Position numbers and translations under genes: made by a program
Assembly: GCA_949290785.1 (NCBI GenBank)
Contig: CASETE010000004.1
Location: forward strand, 12,794-76,793
DNA from: an uncultured Pseudomonadota bacterium
Lineage (GTDB): Bacteria > Pseudomonadota > Alphaproteobacteria > Rs-D84
Reading direction: 5' to 3'
Length of the DNA stretch: 64,000 bases
Notes under the pieces: model-generated
What the model was told of the DNA's origin: nothing
Database searches by the model: none
Seen by the model: the letters and a program-made list of their open reading frames with translations, nothing else
Part shown: in pieces, positions 45,896 to 56,213 of the stretch
Position numbering within the stretch: position 1 is the first letter of the stretch
Layout: the number at the start of each line of letters is the position of its first letter

Positions 45896-46252
45896 TTAAA
45901 TTCTAACGCCACCAGCACGAATTGCTTCGCACAGTGCTTTTACGCGACCATGATAACGATAACCACCACGATCAAAATAACAATTATCAGCAATTTTTGC
46001 CTTAACTGCGCGTTCTGCAAAAGCCTTACCAACTAATTCAGCCCCGGCAACATTCCAGCCCTTACCCTTAAAGTCTTTTTCTTTTGAGGACGCAGCACAA
46101 ACTGTATGACCTTTTACGTCATCAATAGCCTGGATTTCTATATGACGACCAGAACGGAAAACCGACAGACGAATTTTTCCTGGATTTTTTCTTTTTAACG
46201 CAGCGCGATTTGCTAACTTACGTCTTTCTTCAGTAGACAAATGTTTTAACAT
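45896..46252 (-). CDS. rplR: 50S ribosomal protein L18
   Basis: ...[18 protein letters not shown]...[23 protein letters not shown]. Confidence 0.95.
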   Translation of the reverse strand: MLKHLSTEERRKLANRAALKRKNPGKIRLSVFRSGRHIEIQAIDDVKGHTVCAASSKEKDFKGKGWNVAGAELVGKAFAERAVKAKIADNCYFDRGGYRYHGRVKALCEAIRAGGVRI

Positions 46253-46270
46253 TTCGTTTCCTTTTTTCTA

Positions 46271-46288
46271 TTCCCGTAACAGCGGGAA
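46271..46288 (-). repeat. Intercistronic hairpin, family 1 (TTCCCG-TAACAG-CGGGAA), rplF-rplR spacer
   Basis: It has the same TAACAG loop and a related stem as 48230..48249. Confidence 0.6.
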
Positions 46289-46302
46289 CTAAACCTTATT
46301 TA

Positions 46303-46854
46303 TTATTTCTTTTTACCTTCTTTGCGACGAATTCTTTCGCCCTTAAAGAAAATGCCTTTACCTTTATATGGGTCTGCTTTACGAACTTTGCGGATTTTAT
46401 CAGCGAACTGCCCGACCAAGCACTTATCAATACCCATAACTGTAAATTCTGTTGGTGCATCGCCCATTTTTACGGTTAAACCTTCTGGAATTTCCATTAT
46501 AACGTCATGGGAATAACCGGCAACCAATACCAACTTGTTACCGTTTACAGAAGCCTTATAACCAACGCCGTTCATATACATTGGTTTTGAAAAACCTTCT
46601 GATACCCCCTGAACAGCAGCGCGAATGTTGCGAGCCATTGTTCCCCACATAGTACGTGAAGTCTTTTCTTCTGTGTCTTTTGGAGTAACAATAACATGTT
46701 CTGCATCAATCTTTATATCAACCAAACCAGCATGTTTTGTATCCAAAGATATTTTTATTTCACCTTTTGGGCCTTTAACCGTCAAGACGTCCCCAGCAAT
46801 TGCCGCAGATACGCCTTCTGTTAATTTTATTGGATATTTTCCTGCACGAGACAT
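46303..46854 (-). CDS. rplF: 50S ribosomal protein L6
   Basis: MSRAGKYPIKLTEGVSAAIAGDVLTVKGPKGE. Confidence 0.95.
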   Translation of the reverse strand: MSRAGKYPIKLTEGVSAAIAGDVLTVKGPKGEIKISLDTKHAGLVDIKIDAEHVIVTPKDTEEKTSRTMWGTMARNIRAAVQGVSEGFSKPMYMNGVGYKASVNGNKLVLVAGYSHDVIMEIPEGLTVKMGDAPTEFTVMGIDKCLVGQFADKIRKVRKADPYKGKGIFFKGERIRRKEGKKK

Positions 46855-46873
46855 AACTAAATCCTTACTTTAA

Positions 46874-47272
46874 TTAGATAACCTTGCACAACACTTCGCC
46901 ACCGACATTCATCAAGCGCGCCTTGTGGTCGGTCATAACGCCGTTTGGTGTAGAAACAATCGCAATGCCCAAGCCGTTTAATACTTTCGGCATTTTTGCG
47001 CTGCCAGAATATACACGACGACCTGGCTTTGAAACGACTGAAATTTCTTGGATTGCACCGTTTCCGCCTACATACTTTAATTCAATTACCAAATTAGCGC
47101 GATGTTCGTCAATCTGTTCTTTACGGAAATCAGTGATGAAACCTTCATCTTTCAAAACAGTTAAAACTGCTGCACGCAATTTGCTGTTTGGAACAGTTAC
47201 AAATTCTTTACCGGCATTCTGACCGTTACGAATACGGGTCAGCATATCTCCGATTGGGTGTGATAATGACAT
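46874..47272 (-). CDS. rpsH: 30S ribosomal protein S8
   Basis: MSLSHPIGDMLTRIRNGQNAGK. Confidence 0.95.
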   Translation of the reverse strand: MSLSHPIGDMLTRIRNGQNAGKEFVTVPNSKLRAAVLTVLKDEGFITDFRKEQIDEHRANLVIELKYVGGNGAIQEISVVSKPGRRVYSGSAKMPKVLNGLGIAIVSTPNGVMTDHKARLMNVGGEVLCKVI

Positions 47273-47345
47273 CTTTTACTCCTTCTAAGCGACGATATTT
47301 TCGTCCTTGTTTCCAGCTGCATTGTCCACAACTGGCGTTTAAAAT

Positions 47346-47648
47346 TTACCAACTAGATTTACGTACGCCCGGCAATTTACCTTCAGAAGCCATTGTACGA
47401 ACCTGTTGACGACACAAACCGAACAAACGTGAAAAACCGCGTGCACGACCAGTCACTGAACAACGATTGCGCAACCGTGTTGGATTTGCGTTACGTGGCA
47501 GTTTTGCAGCCTTCAACATTGCTTCCTGACGTTCTTCTGGTTTAGCGTTTCTAGACATTTTTGCTTTATTTGCTTCGCGCTTTTTTGCATATTGCGCGAC
47601 CAACTTTTCGCGTTTTTTCTGTTTATTTATTAATGCTAACTTTGCCAT
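47346..47648 (-). CDS. rpsN: 30S ribosomal protein S14 (long form)
   Basis: MAKLALINKQKKREKLVAQYAKKR...NRCSVTGRARGFSRLFGLCRQQVR...KSSW. Confidence 0.95.
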   Translation of the reverse strand: MAKLALINKQKKREKLVAQYAKKREANKAKMSRNAKPEERQEAMLKAAKLPRNANPTRLRNRCSVTGRARGFSRLFGLCRQQVRTMASEGKLPGVRKSSW

Positions 47649-47663
47649 TTTTATACCTTTTTA

Positions 47664-48209
47664 TTATTTTAAAACCAACGGCAAGCCGATTTTTGTCAGC
47701 AAAGCACGTGCTTCATCGTCTGTTTTTGCGGTTGTTGCAATAACGATATCCATACCACGAATTGAATCAATTTTATCAACCGAGATTTCTGGGAATATCA
47801 AATGTTCTTTAATACCAAAAGCATAGTTACCACGACCGTCAAATTTAGACTTTGATAAACCACGAAAGTCTTTTACACGTGGCAAGGCAACTGTAATTAA
47901 TTTGTCCAAGAAATCATACATTCTTTTACCACGCAATGTAACCTTGGTACCAATGGCTTGACCTTCACGTAAACGATACGTTGCGATTGACTTTCTAGCC
48001 TTTGTTACGACTGGCTTTTGTGCGGCAATAGCGGTCAAATCTGCAACTGCAGAATCCAATTTCTTTTTATCAGATACAGCTTCGCCGACCCCCATGTTCA
48101 AAACAATTTTTGACAATTTAGGAACTGCCAATGGGTTCGTGTACCCGAATTCTTTAATTAATTCAGGAACGATTTCTTTTTCATAAATTTCACGCAATCT
48201 GCTTTGCAT
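47664..48209 (-). CDS. rplE: 50S ribosomal protein L5
   Basis: [32 protein letters not shown]. Confidence 0.95.
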   Translation of the reverse strand: MQSRLREIYEKEIVPELIKEFGYTNPLAVPKLSKIVLNMGVGEAVSDKKKLDSAVADLTAIAAQKPVVTKARKSIATYRLREGQAIGTKVTLRGKRMYDFLDKLITVALPRVKDFRGLSKSKFDGRGNYAFGIKEHLIFPEISVDKIDSIRGMDIVIATTAKTDDEARALLTKIGLPLVLK

Positions 48210-48229
48210 TTTTTATTCCTTAACGTTTT

Positions 48230-48249
48230 GTTTCCGTAACAGCGGAAAC
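48230..48249 (-). repeat. Intercistronic hairpin, family 1 (GTTTCCG-TAACAG-CGGAAAC), rplX-rplE spacer
   Basis: Loop TAACAG is identical to 46271..46288. The stem differs by compensatory changes. Confidence 0.6.
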
Positions 48250-48256
48250 CGGTTAT

Positions 48257-48559
48257 TTATAATTCTGCGCCTGACTTTTTAGCAACGCGAACTTTCTTAT
48301 CGCCATCCATTTTGTAACCAACGCGTGTTGCCTTTTTTGTTTTTGGATCAACCAAAGCAACGTTAGAAACATGGATAGGTGCTTCACGGTCAATGATGTG
48401 ACCTGCTTTTTCTTGCGTTGGTTTGATGTGCCATTTATGACGATTAACACCTTCAACAACAACGCGTGATTCGGACGGGCGTGCCTCCAAGACTTTGCCT
48501 TTGACGCCTTTATATTTTCCCGAAATAACTACGACTTCATCGCCTTTTTTAATTTTCAT
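48257..48559 (-). CDS. rplX: 50S ribosomal protein L24
   Basis: [24 protein letters not shown]. Confidence 0.95.
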   Translation of the reverse strand: MKIKKGDEVVVISGKYKGVKGKVLEARPSESRVVVEGVNRHKWHIKPTQEKAGHIIDREAPIHVSNVALVDPKTKKATRVGYKMDGDKKVRVAKKSGAEL

Positions 48560-48613
48560 TTCGTAACCTTTTATCTAACTTCTGGACTAAACTTATTGTT
48601 TTCAACCCATTTG

Positions 48614-48988
48614 TTATATTACTTCTGGTGCCAAAGACACGATTTTTTGAACGTCATATTTACGACGAACTTCACGCGCGATTGGTCCAAAGATACGCGT
48701 ACCAATAGGTTCAAAATTATTTTTGTTTATCAGAACAACAGCGTTGTCGTCAAAACGAATGATAGAACCATCTGGACGTTTAACAGGAAACTTTGTACGA
48801 ACGATGATAGCACGTTGTACAGTACCTTTTTGAACTTTACCGCGTGGAATTGCTTCTTTAATTGCAACGACAATCTTGTCGCCAACAGTTGCATAACGAC
48901 GGTGAGACCCACCTAAAACCTTGATGCACATAGCCTTACGCGCACCAGAATTATCAGCAACTGTCATAACTGTTTCATTTTGTATCAT
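48614..48988 (-). CDS. rplN: 50S ribosomal protein L14
   Basis: [27 protein letters not shown]. Confidence 0.95.
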   Translation of the reverse strand: MIQNETVMTVADNSGARKAMCIKVLGGSHRRYATVGDKIVVAIKEAIPRGKVQKGTVQRAIIVRTKFPVKRPDGSIIRFDDNAVVLINKNNFEPIGTRIFGPIAREVRRKYDVQKIVSLAPEVI

Positions 48989-49094
48989 AACTTCACCTTT
49001 TTACTGCGAGCTAGGCCATCCCTAACTGCTTTGTTATAGGTTCCGACTGTCTGTCAGTATACGCTGTACCCGACCTCAAAGAACCTGTTGTGAC

Positions 49095-49364
49095 TTAGTC
49101 AACGATTTCAACCGCATCGTCTTTAGAGACACCAACGCGCCCCTTAACAATCCAAGACTTTGTCTTAGAGATTGGACGATGTTCTTCAATGGCAACGATA
49201 TCACCAACTTTATATTCGTTGTTTTCATCGTGTGCCTTGTACTTTTTGTTCTGCTTCACGAACTTACCATACAACGGATGACGGAAACGGCGTTCTACTT
49301 CTACGACGACTGTTTTGTCATTTGCTGTACTTTTAACTGTTCCTTGCAGTATACGTCTTGGCAT
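49095..49364 (-). CDS. rpsQ: 30S ribosomal protein S17
   Basis: ...[32 protein letters not shown]. Confidence 0.95.
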   Translation of the reverse strand: MPRRILQGTVKSTANDKTVVVEVERRFRHPLYGKFVKQNKKYKAHDENNEYKVGDIVAIEEHRPISKTKSWIVKGRVGVSKDDAVEIVD

Positions 49365-49501
49365 AACTATAATCCCTTACATTTTCTTTTTCGTTTTCCG
49401 TTTGTATAGCCATACAAACCGTCAAACGAACACCCTTTTTATCTAAGATTTCGGCATATGATATCTAAAATTTTAGAAATCTCAACAAAAATCTACAATT
49501 T

Positions 49502-49696
49502 TTATTTTTTTGCAGCGTTTAACTTTGTTTTTACGCGTGCAATTTCGCGACGGGTTTGACGCATAACGTGCGTTTTTGGCATCTGCCCCGCAGCATGTTG
49601 AAAGCGCTGATTAAATTGATCTTTCTTCAAATTATCCAGTTTGCTTTGCAATGCTTCCAACGTCAAAGATTCTTTTTCCACTTTCTTTTCTGCCAT
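49502..49696 (-). CDS. rpmC: 50S ribosomal protein L29
   Basis: ...LQSKLDNLKKDQFNQRFQHAAGQMPKTHVMRQTRREIARVKT. Confidence 0.92.
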   Translation of the reverse strand: MAEKKVEKESLTLEALQSKLDNLKKDQFNQRFQHAAGQMPKTHVMRQTRREIARVKTKLNAAKK

Positions 49697-49737
49697 TTTT
49701 TTAACCTTTTTGCCTTGCTCTAGTGTTAAATTATAAC

Positions 49738-50151
49738 TTAGTTAACCTTACGTTCAACAATTTTTGTTTTAACTGGCAATTTTGCTGCTGCCAAAGCAAA
49801 CGCTTCATAAGCAACTTCCGGTTTAACACCGTCTAATTCAAACAAGATACGACCAGGTTTAACACGACAAATCCAGTATTCAACTGCACCTTTACCTTTA
49901 CCCATACGAACTTCGGCAGGTTTCTTTGTAACAGGTACGTCTGGGAATACACGAATCCATAATTTACCCATACGTCTCATATGACGAGTGATTGCACGAC
50001 GCGCGGCTTCTATTTGACGCGCAGTTATACGTTCAGGTGTCATGGCTTTCAAACCAAAAGAACCGAACGCCAATTCGCTACCACCTTTGGCAACGCCATG
50101 AATGCGGCCTTTGTGCTGTTTGCGAAATTTTGTTTTATTTGGCATTAACAT
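49738..50151 (-). CDS. rplP: 50S ribosomal protein L16
   Basis: [24 protein letters not shown]. Confidence 0.95.
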   Translation of the reverse strand: MLMPNKTKFRKQHKGRIHGVAKGGSELAFGSFGLKAMTPERITARQIEAARRAITRHMRRMGKLWIRVFPDVPVTKKPAEVRMGKGKGAVEYWICRVKPGRILFELDGVKPEVAYEAFALAAAKLPVKTKIVERKVN

Positions 50152-50180
50152 AATAACTACCTTTTAATTTTGCTCTTAAT

Positions 50181-50218
50181 TTTTGACGTCCCCGGCACCA
50201 TATAGATGACCGTCAAAA
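50181..50218 (-). repeat. Intercistronic hairpin, family 2 (contains CACCATATAGATGAC), rplP-rpsC spacer
   Basis: Outer stem ttttgacg/cgtcaaaa. The 15-mer at 50196-50210 is identical to the one at 51763-51777. Confidence 0.6.
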
Positions 50219-50220
50219 AA

Positions 50221-50922
50221 TTATTTACCTTTTCTTTCGCTACTGCCGGCGTATTCAGCGGGACGAGCCATTTCAGACGCCAACTTTTCTTTATTTACAA
50301 CGTCACCAGTATAAATCCAAACTTTTACGCCGATAACGCCATAAGTGGTTTTTGCTTGAATTGACGCATAGTCAATATCAGCACGTAATGTATGCAAAGG
50401 AATGCGACCTTCACGAATTTGTTCGCTACGCGCAATTTCAGCACCGTTAAGACGACCAGAGCACATAACCTTGATACCCTGCGCCCCTGCTTTCAAAGCG
50501 TTTTGAACCGCCTTTTTCATTGCACGTTTGAAAGACACACGGCCTTCAATTTGTTGTGCGATGCTCTGCGCGACCAATTGAGCATTCAAATCAGGACGAC
50601 GAACTTCATAAATATTCACAACTACCTGATCGTTTTTAACCAACTTTTTGATATCGTTACGTAACGCTTCAATATCGGCACCGTTCTTACCGATAATCAT
50701 ACCAGGACGAGACGTATGAACTGTTACCACTACTTTTTTTGCAAAGCGTTCAATAACGACCTTGGCCAAGCCCGCTTTTTTAAGTTTCTTTTCAATGAAC
50801 TTGCGAATTTTGATATCTTCCGCCAACAAATTCGCATAGTCTTTTTTACCTGCAATCCAACGTGAATCCGTAACCTTGTTAATAAATTCACGTAATGAAA
50901 TTGGTGATACTTTTTGTCCCAT
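50221..50922 (-). CDS. rpsC: 30S ribosomal protein S3
   Basis: [11 protein letters not shown]..., with KH and C-terminal domains. Confidence 0.95.
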   Translation of the reverse strand: MGQKVSPISLREFINKVTDSRWIAGKKDYANLLAEDIKIRKFIEKKLKKAGLAKVVIERFAKKVVVTVHTSRPGMIIGKNGADIEALRNDIKKLVKNDQVVVNIYEVRRPDLNAQLVAQSIAQQIEGRVSFKRAMKKAVQNALKAGAQGIKVMCSGRLNGAEIARSEQIREGRIPLHTLRADIDYASIQAKTTYGVIGVKVWIYTGDVVNKEKLASEMARPAEYAGSSERKGK

Positions 50923-51008
50923 TTTCTTACTTCCTTATTTTATCACAAGTGTTCTTGAAACCTTTCGGTTTTATTCAGGATAAAAATCCATACCACTTGT
51001 GTTTTACC

Positions 51009-51431
51009 TTATTTAGCCTTTTCCTTTTTGGCTGCTTTTTCTTTTTTTACGGTTTTCTTAGCAGGCGCCACCCCAGATTCTAAAATGATTGTCAAATTAG
51101 AAAAAGGTTTCAGAATTGGTCTTGCACTGCCACGCGGTCCCGGCATGATACGCTTCATTGTCAACGCCTTGCCACACCAAATTTCTTTGACGAACAAGCT
51201 ATCTGCAGGCAGATTTTTATTATTTTCTGCGTTTGCAACTGCTGACAATAAAGTTTTCAACACCTCACCAGCCACACGTTTCTTTGAAAACTTCAAGACA
51301 TCAATAGCACGTTCTACTGGCAACCCGCGAACAGTGTCGCAAACCAAACCAAGTTTTTGATGGCTGACGCGAATTAATTTATTAAACGCGCGCGCTTGAT
51401 TATCTTTTATTCCATATCTTGTCGTTGTCAT
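51009..51431 (-). CDS. rplV: 50S ribosomal protein L22 (Lys-rich C-terminal tail)
   Basis: ...RVSHQKLGLVCDTVRGLPVERAIDVLKFSKKR..., with tail APAKKTVKKEKAAKKEKAK. Confidence 0.93.
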   Translation of the reverse strand: MTTTRYGIKDNQARAFNKLIRVSHQKLGLVCDTVRGLPVERAIDVLKFSKKRVAGEVLKTLLSAVANAENNKNLPADSLFVKEIWCGKALTMKRIMPGPRGSARPILKPFSNLTIILESGVAPAKKTVKKEKAAKKEKAK

Positions 51432-51447
51432 AACTACTTACCCTATT

Positions 51448-51735
51448 TTATTTTTTGGCGGCCGCAGCTTTTTTGTTTGCTGCATGACCTTTAAATGTAC
51501 GTGTCGGTGCAAATTCACCCAATTTATGTCCAATCATATCTTCTACGATAGAAACAGGAATGAACTTGTTACCATTATGAACTTCAAAAGTCAAACCAAC
51601 CATTGAAGGTACAATCGTGCTACCACGAGACCAAGTTTTTATTGGTTTATGGTCGTTTTTTTCGTTCGCCGCCGCCGCTTTCTTTAAAACGGAAGGATGA
51701 ACATAAGGACCTTTCCATACTGAACGAGACATCAA
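51448..51735 (-). CDS. rpsS: 30S ribosomal protein S19
   Basis: [18 protein letters not shown]...[16 protein letters not shown]. Confidence 0.95.
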   Translation of the reverse strand: MMSRSVWKGPYVHPSVLKKAAAANEKNDHKPIKTWSRGSTIVPSMVGLTFEVHNGNKFIPVSIVEDMIGHKLGEFAPTRTFKGHAANKKAAAAKK

Positions 51736-51757
51736 TTACTCCGTTTTTTCTTTTTTC

Positions 51758-51780
51758 TCCGTCACCATATAGATGACGGA
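51758..51780 (-). repeat. Intercistronic hairpin, family 2 (TCCGTCA-CCATATAGA-TGACGGA), rpsS-rplB spacer
   Basis: It shares the 15-mer CACCATATAGATGAC with 50196-50210. Confidence 0.6.
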
Positions 51781-51787
51781 CTATTTA

Positions 51788-52621
51788 TTATTTTTTCTTT
51801 GCCAAATGTCTGCTGCGAATAATCATCTTTGCAGTACGTTTATTGCTACGGGTACGATATCCCTTGGCTGGAATACCTGTACGTGATACTGGTTCGTGGC
51901 CCTTAGAGTGACCATTACCACCACCCATCGGGTGATCAACCGGGTTCTGCGCCATACCGCGAACAGATGGGCGAATACCCAACCAACGTGCACGACCGGC
52001 TTTACCCAAGTTTACATTACGTTGGTCAGGGTTAGAAACACTACCAACCGTTGCCAAGCAATCGGAATGAACTTTACGCAACTCGCCGCTGTTCATTTTA
52101 ATCTGTGCATAAACGCCGTCTTTACCCATTAATTGTGCATAGCAACCCGCACTACGTGCCAATTGACCGCCTGCACCAGGTTTTAGTTCAACGTTATGTA
52201 CGATTGTACCGATTGGCATATTTTTCAAAGGCATTGCATTACCTGGCTTGATATCTTCACGTTCACCAGATATAACAACATCACCGGCTTTTAAATCGCG
52301 CGGTGCCAATATATAAGAACGCGCACCGTCTGTATATTCAATCAATGCGATAAACGCCGTACGATTTGGGTCATATTCCAAGCGAACGACGGTTGCCGGC
52401 ACGCCCTTTTTCTTACGTGCAAAATCAATCAAACGATATTTGCGCTTATGACCACCGCCCTGATGAGGAACAGTTACATGACCAAAATTATTACGTCCAC
52501 CTTTGGACTTCAAACCAACCGTCAAAGATTTTTCTGGTGCACCACGATGCAATTCGCTGCGATCAACCAAAGTTAAACCACGTGTACCAGCTGTTGTTGG
52601 CTTATAATGTTTCAATGCCAT
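51788..52621 (-). CDS. rplB: 50S ribosomal protein L2
   Basis: [25 protein letters not shown]..., GGGHKRKYR. Confidence 0.95.
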   Translation of the reverse strand: MALKHYKPTTAGTRGLTLVDRSELHRGAPEKSLTVGLKSKGGRNNFGHVTVPHQGGGHKRKYRLIDFARKKKGVPATVVRLEYDPNRTAFIALIEYTDGARSYILAPRDLKAGDVVISGEREDIKPGNAMPLKNMPIGTIVHNVELKPGAGGQLARSAGCYAQLMGKDGVYAQIKMNSGELRKVHSDCLATVGSVSNPDQRNVNLGKAGRARWLGIRPSVRGMAQNPVDHPMGGGNGHSKGHEPVSRTGIPAKGYRTRSNKRTAKMIIRSRHLAKKK

Positions 52622-52693
52622 TTTTTCTTACCTTTATTTATATTCTGACACTAACATCCCGAAAGCCTCGGATTCTCTGCCAGAATTATTTAA

Positions 52694-53026
52694 CTATATA
52701 TTTGCCGACAAATCCAATTTTGCATCTTTCGGCAAAGATACATACGCTTTTTTAACAGCGCGTTGCGCGCCCTTGCCGCGACCGCGGAAAGATTTTACCT
52801 TTCCTTTTACCACTATAATATTAACCTTGGTTGGTTTTATATTATAGATGGCTTCTACAGCACGAGCAACGTCTTCCTTGGTAGCATTTGCTGCAACTTC
52901 AAAAGCAACACCGTTACTTTCGGACAGCTTTGCCGCCTTTTCTGAGATTATCGGACGACGCAGTATATCATAAATACCAGCAGTCGCAACGATTTTTTTC
53001 TCTGCATTAACTTTCTTTTCTGCCAT
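52694..53026 (-). CDS. rplW: 50S ribosomal protein L23
   Basis: ...YDILRRPIISEKAAKLSE... Confidence 0.93.
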   Translation of the reverse strand: MAEKKVNAEKKIVATAGIYDILRRPIISEKAAKLSESNGVAFEVAANATKEDVARAVEAIYNIKPTKVNIIVVKGKVKSFRGRGKGAQRAVKKAYVSLPKDAKLDLSANI

Positions 53027-53064
53027 TTTTTTACCTTTTCGTCATCACTTAACAAATCATTTAA

Positions 53065-53685
53065 TTATGCCAAGCGTGCTTCAACAGCCTTGACCGCATC
53101 TGCTGTCAAAACTAATTTTTCATGCTTTAAAATATCCAAAACGTTCAACCCAATGGTTGGCAATACATCAATGTTTGGAATATTAGCCGCTGACTTCTTA
53201 AAGTTTCCATCTAACTCGGTCGCCCCGACAAACAAAGCAGAAGAAATACCTAACTTTTTCAACTGTTTTGCAAAAGCCCCTGTTTTAGCAGCGGATAACT
53301 TTTCAGAATCAATCACAACTAAACAGCCGTCTTTAACCTTTGAAGACAAGGCCATTTTCAAACCTAATGCGCGAACTTTCTTTGGCAAGTCAATGGCATG
53401 ATCACGAACGACTGGTCCATGAACTACGCCACCGCCACGCATATGAACATTGTATCTTTCGCCTTGGCGTGCGTTACCTGTTTTCTTTTGCTTAAAGGCT
53501 TTTTTGCCGCTGCCTTCTACATCGGAAACGGTTTTAACAGCATGCGTCCCTGCGCGGGATTTTGCACGTTGCCAAGTAACAACACGATGCAAAATATCTG
53601 CACGTGGATCCAAGCCGAAAATTTGATCAGCCAAATCTACTTTGCCGACCGCTTTACCATCAAAATTTATAATATCTACTTGCAT
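53065..53685 (-). CDS. rplD: 50S ribosomal protein L4
   Basis: Start moved to MQVDIINFDGKAVGKVDL (ATG 53685). Confidence 0.93.
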   Translation of the reverse strand: MQVDIINFDGKAVGKVDLADQIFGLDPRADILHRVVTWQRAKSRAGTHAVKTVSDVEGSGKKAFKQKKTGNARQGERYNVHMRGGGVVHGPVVRDHAIDLPKKVRALGLKMALSSKVKDGCLVVIDSEKLSAAKTGAFAKQLKKLGISSALFVGATELDGNFKKSAANIPNIDVLPTIGLNVLDILKHEKLVLTADAVKAVEARLA

Positions 53686-53716
53686 TTTTTTCACCTTACT
53701 CTTCTGTCGCCTTATA

Positions 53717-54454
53717 TTATTCCGCAACAGTTTCTGTTTCGGTTGTTTCTGTTACTTGTTCCGTACCAGATTCAACTGCAGTTTCAGTAACTTTTGTTGG
53801 AACTGGCAAATCTTTCTGTTCTTTTTTTACCGCATCAAAGACTAATACGAATGTGCCATTTGCACCTGGTACTGCGCCTTCTACGAAAATCAAGTTTTCA
53901 GCTTCATCTGTACCAAATACTTTCAAGTTCTGAACAGTAACTGTTTCATTACCCATCTGACCGGCCATCTTTTTACCCTTCAAAACACGACCTGGCCATT
54001 CACGCATACCCGTACTACCAATAGAACGATGAGCCTTCAAAACACCATGAGATGCTTCCTTACCACCAAAGTTATGACGTTTCATCGCGCCCTGATAGCC
54101 CTTACCTTTACTTGTCGCTTGTACATCGACGAATTGACCGGCAACAAAATGAGACGCAGACAACGCCGTACCCGCCGGGATAACGCAATCGTCAGAAACG
54201 CGGAACTCCACAACCTTACGATACGGCTTAACGCCCGCTTTTTCGGCTGCAACCGCTTGTGGTTTTGCCACGTGTTTTGCCTTTGCTTCGCGCATACCCA
54301 ATATATTCGCGACATAACCATTCTTTTCTTGCGTACGATTTCCAATGACTGTGCAGTCCCCAACAGACAAAACCGTTACAGGATGCGCAACACCGCCATC
54401 ATCATACAAACGCGTCATTCCTATTTTTGTTGTAATTAATCCGCTACGTTTCAT
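53717..54454 (-). CDS. rplC: 50S ribosomal protein L3 (acidic T/E-rich C-terminal tail)
   Basis: MKRSGLITTKIGMTRLYDDGG..., with tail ...TETAVESGTEQVTETTETETVAE. Confidence 0.95.
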   Translation of the reverse strand: MKRSGLITTKIGMTRLYDDGGVAHPVTVLSVGDCTVIGNRTQEKNGYVANILGMREAKAKHVAKPQAVAAEKAGVKPYRKVVEFRVSDDCVIPAGTALSASHFVAGQFVDVQATSKGKGYQGAMKRHNFGGKEASHGVLKAHRSIGSTGMREWPGRVLKGKKMAGQMGNETVTVQNLKVFGTDEAENLIFVEGAVPGANGTFVLVFDAVKKEQKDLPVPTKVTETAVESGTEQVTETTETETVAE

Positions 54455-54525
54455 TTTTTATGCCTTTTTCTTTTGTTAGTAGGTTAGTACCTGTACACAC
54501 TTTTTAGCAGCACTAACACAAACAA

Positions 54526-54837
54526 TTACAATTTAATTTTTACATCAACACCGGACGCCAAATCCAACTTCATCAAGGCATCTACTGTCTGAGGGGTTGG
54601 ATTAACAATATCTACGACCGCCTTATGATTGCGGATTTCGAATTGTTCACGTGACTTTTTATCAACGTGTGGAGAACGATTTACAGTAAATTTCTTAATC
54701 AACGTCGGCAAGCGAACGGGACCGACCACATCAGCGCCTGTGCGCTTTGCGGTTTTAACAATTTCTTCCACTGATTCCATCAAGACTCTGTGGTCAAACG
54801 CAGTCAATTTGATGCGAATTTTAGATGCTGGTACCAT
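54526..54837 (-). CDS. rpsJ: 30S ribosomal protein S10
   Basis: Start moved to [27 protein letters not shown] (ATG 54837) after an AAGGAAAA RBS. Confidence 0.95.
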   Translation of the reverse strand: MVPASKIRIKLTAFDHRVLMESVEEIVKTAKRTGADVVGPVRLPTLIKKFTVNRSPHVDKKSREQFEIRNHKAVVDIVNPTPQTVDALMKLDLASGVDVKIKL

Positions 54838-54914
54838 TTGTTCGTTTTCCTTATTGTTACCCGGGCCGGTAATCACTGGCGTTTCATCCAGTTACACCGA
54901 CCCGCTTATTTTCA

Positions 54915-56102
54915 TTATTTAATTATTTTTGATACAACCCCAGCGCCAACTGTGCGTCCGCCTTCACGGATAGCAAAGCGACGACCTTCGTCCATAGCAA
55001 TAGGTGCAATCAATTGCACTGTGATACGAACGTTGTCACCCGGCAAGACCATTTCTTTGTCTGCTGGCAACGTAATTGTACCCGTTACGTCTGTTGTGCT
55101 GAAATAGAACTGTGGACGATAGTTAGAGAAGAACGCTGTATGACGGCCACCTTCTTCTTTCGTCAAGATATAAACTTCAGCTTCAAAGTCTGTGTGTGGT
55201 GTAATAGAACCTGGTTTGCAGATAATCTGACCGCGTTCTACATCTTCTTTCTTTGTACCACGCAACAACAAACCTACGTTATCACCGGCTTCACCCTGAT
55301 CCAACAATTTACGGAACATTTCAACGCCTGTAACTGTTGTTTTCTGAGTTGGGCGCAAACCAACGATTTCGCATTCGTCACCAACCTTGATTGTACCAGA
55401 TTCAATACGACCTGTTACCACTGTACCACGACCTGTGATAGAGAACACGTCTTCAATTGGCATCAAGAATGGTTTATCAACTGGACGTTCTGGCAATGGG
55501 ATGTATTCATCGCAAGCTTTTAACAAAGCGTCAATGGATTCTTTGCCCAAACCGTCTTTCTTGTCTTCCAACGCAGAAACAGCGGAACCACGAATGATAG
55601 GCGCATTGTCACCGTCAAAGTCATTAGCAGACAACAATTCACGGATTTCCATTTCAACCAATTCCAACAATTCTGGGTCGTTCGCTAAATCGCACTTGTT
55701 CAAATAAACAACGATTTTTGGAATACCAACTTGACGTGCCAACAAAATATGTTCGCGTGTCTGTGGCATAGGACCGTCAGTTGCTGCAACGACCAAAATC
55801 GCACCGTCCATCTGTGCAGCACCGGTAATCATGTTTTTAACATAGTCCGCGTGCCCTGGGCAGTCAACGTGAGCATAGTGACGATTTTCTGTTTCATATT
55901 CTACGTGTGCTGTATTAATTGTTATACCACGTGCTTTTTCTTCTGGTGCGTTATCAATCTGATCAACGCCCTTTGCTTGATCGGCACCAACACCATAGTA
56001 GTGAACAATAGCAGCTGTTAACGTTGTTTTACCATGGTCAACGTGACCAATAGTACCGATATTAACATGCGGCTTGGTTCTTACATATTTTTCTTTTGCC
56101 AT
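54915..56102 (-). CDS. tuf: Elongation factor Tu
   Basis: [32 protein letters not shown]..., 395 aa. Confidence 0.97.
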   Translation of the reverse strand: MAKEKYVRTKPHVNIGTIGHVDHGKTTLTAAIVHYYGVGADQAKGVDQIDNAPEEKARGITINTAHVEYETENRHYAHVDCPGHADYVKNMITGAAQMDGAILVVAATDGPMPQTREHILLARQVGIPKIVVYLNKCDLANDPELLELVEMEIRELLSANDFDGDNAPIIRGSAVSALEDKKDGLGKESIDALLKACDEYIPLPERPVDKPFLMPIEDVFSITGRGTVVTGRIESGTIKVGDECEIVGLRPTQKTTVTGVEMFRKLLDQGEAGDNVGLLLRGTKKEDVERGQIICKPGSITPHTDFEAEVYILTKEEGGRHTAFFSNYRPQFYFSTTDVTGTITLPADKEMVLPGDNVRITVQLIAPIAMDEGRRFAIREGGRTVGAGVVSKIIK

Positions 56103-56213
56103 AGTTTTCTCCTTAGGCTTGGCTGTTAATTTGATTTCTGAAATCTGACTTCCGATTCATACATCTGCATTCAATCATAAACCAGAAATCAAAAATCACA
56201 ATCTTTTTTTAAT

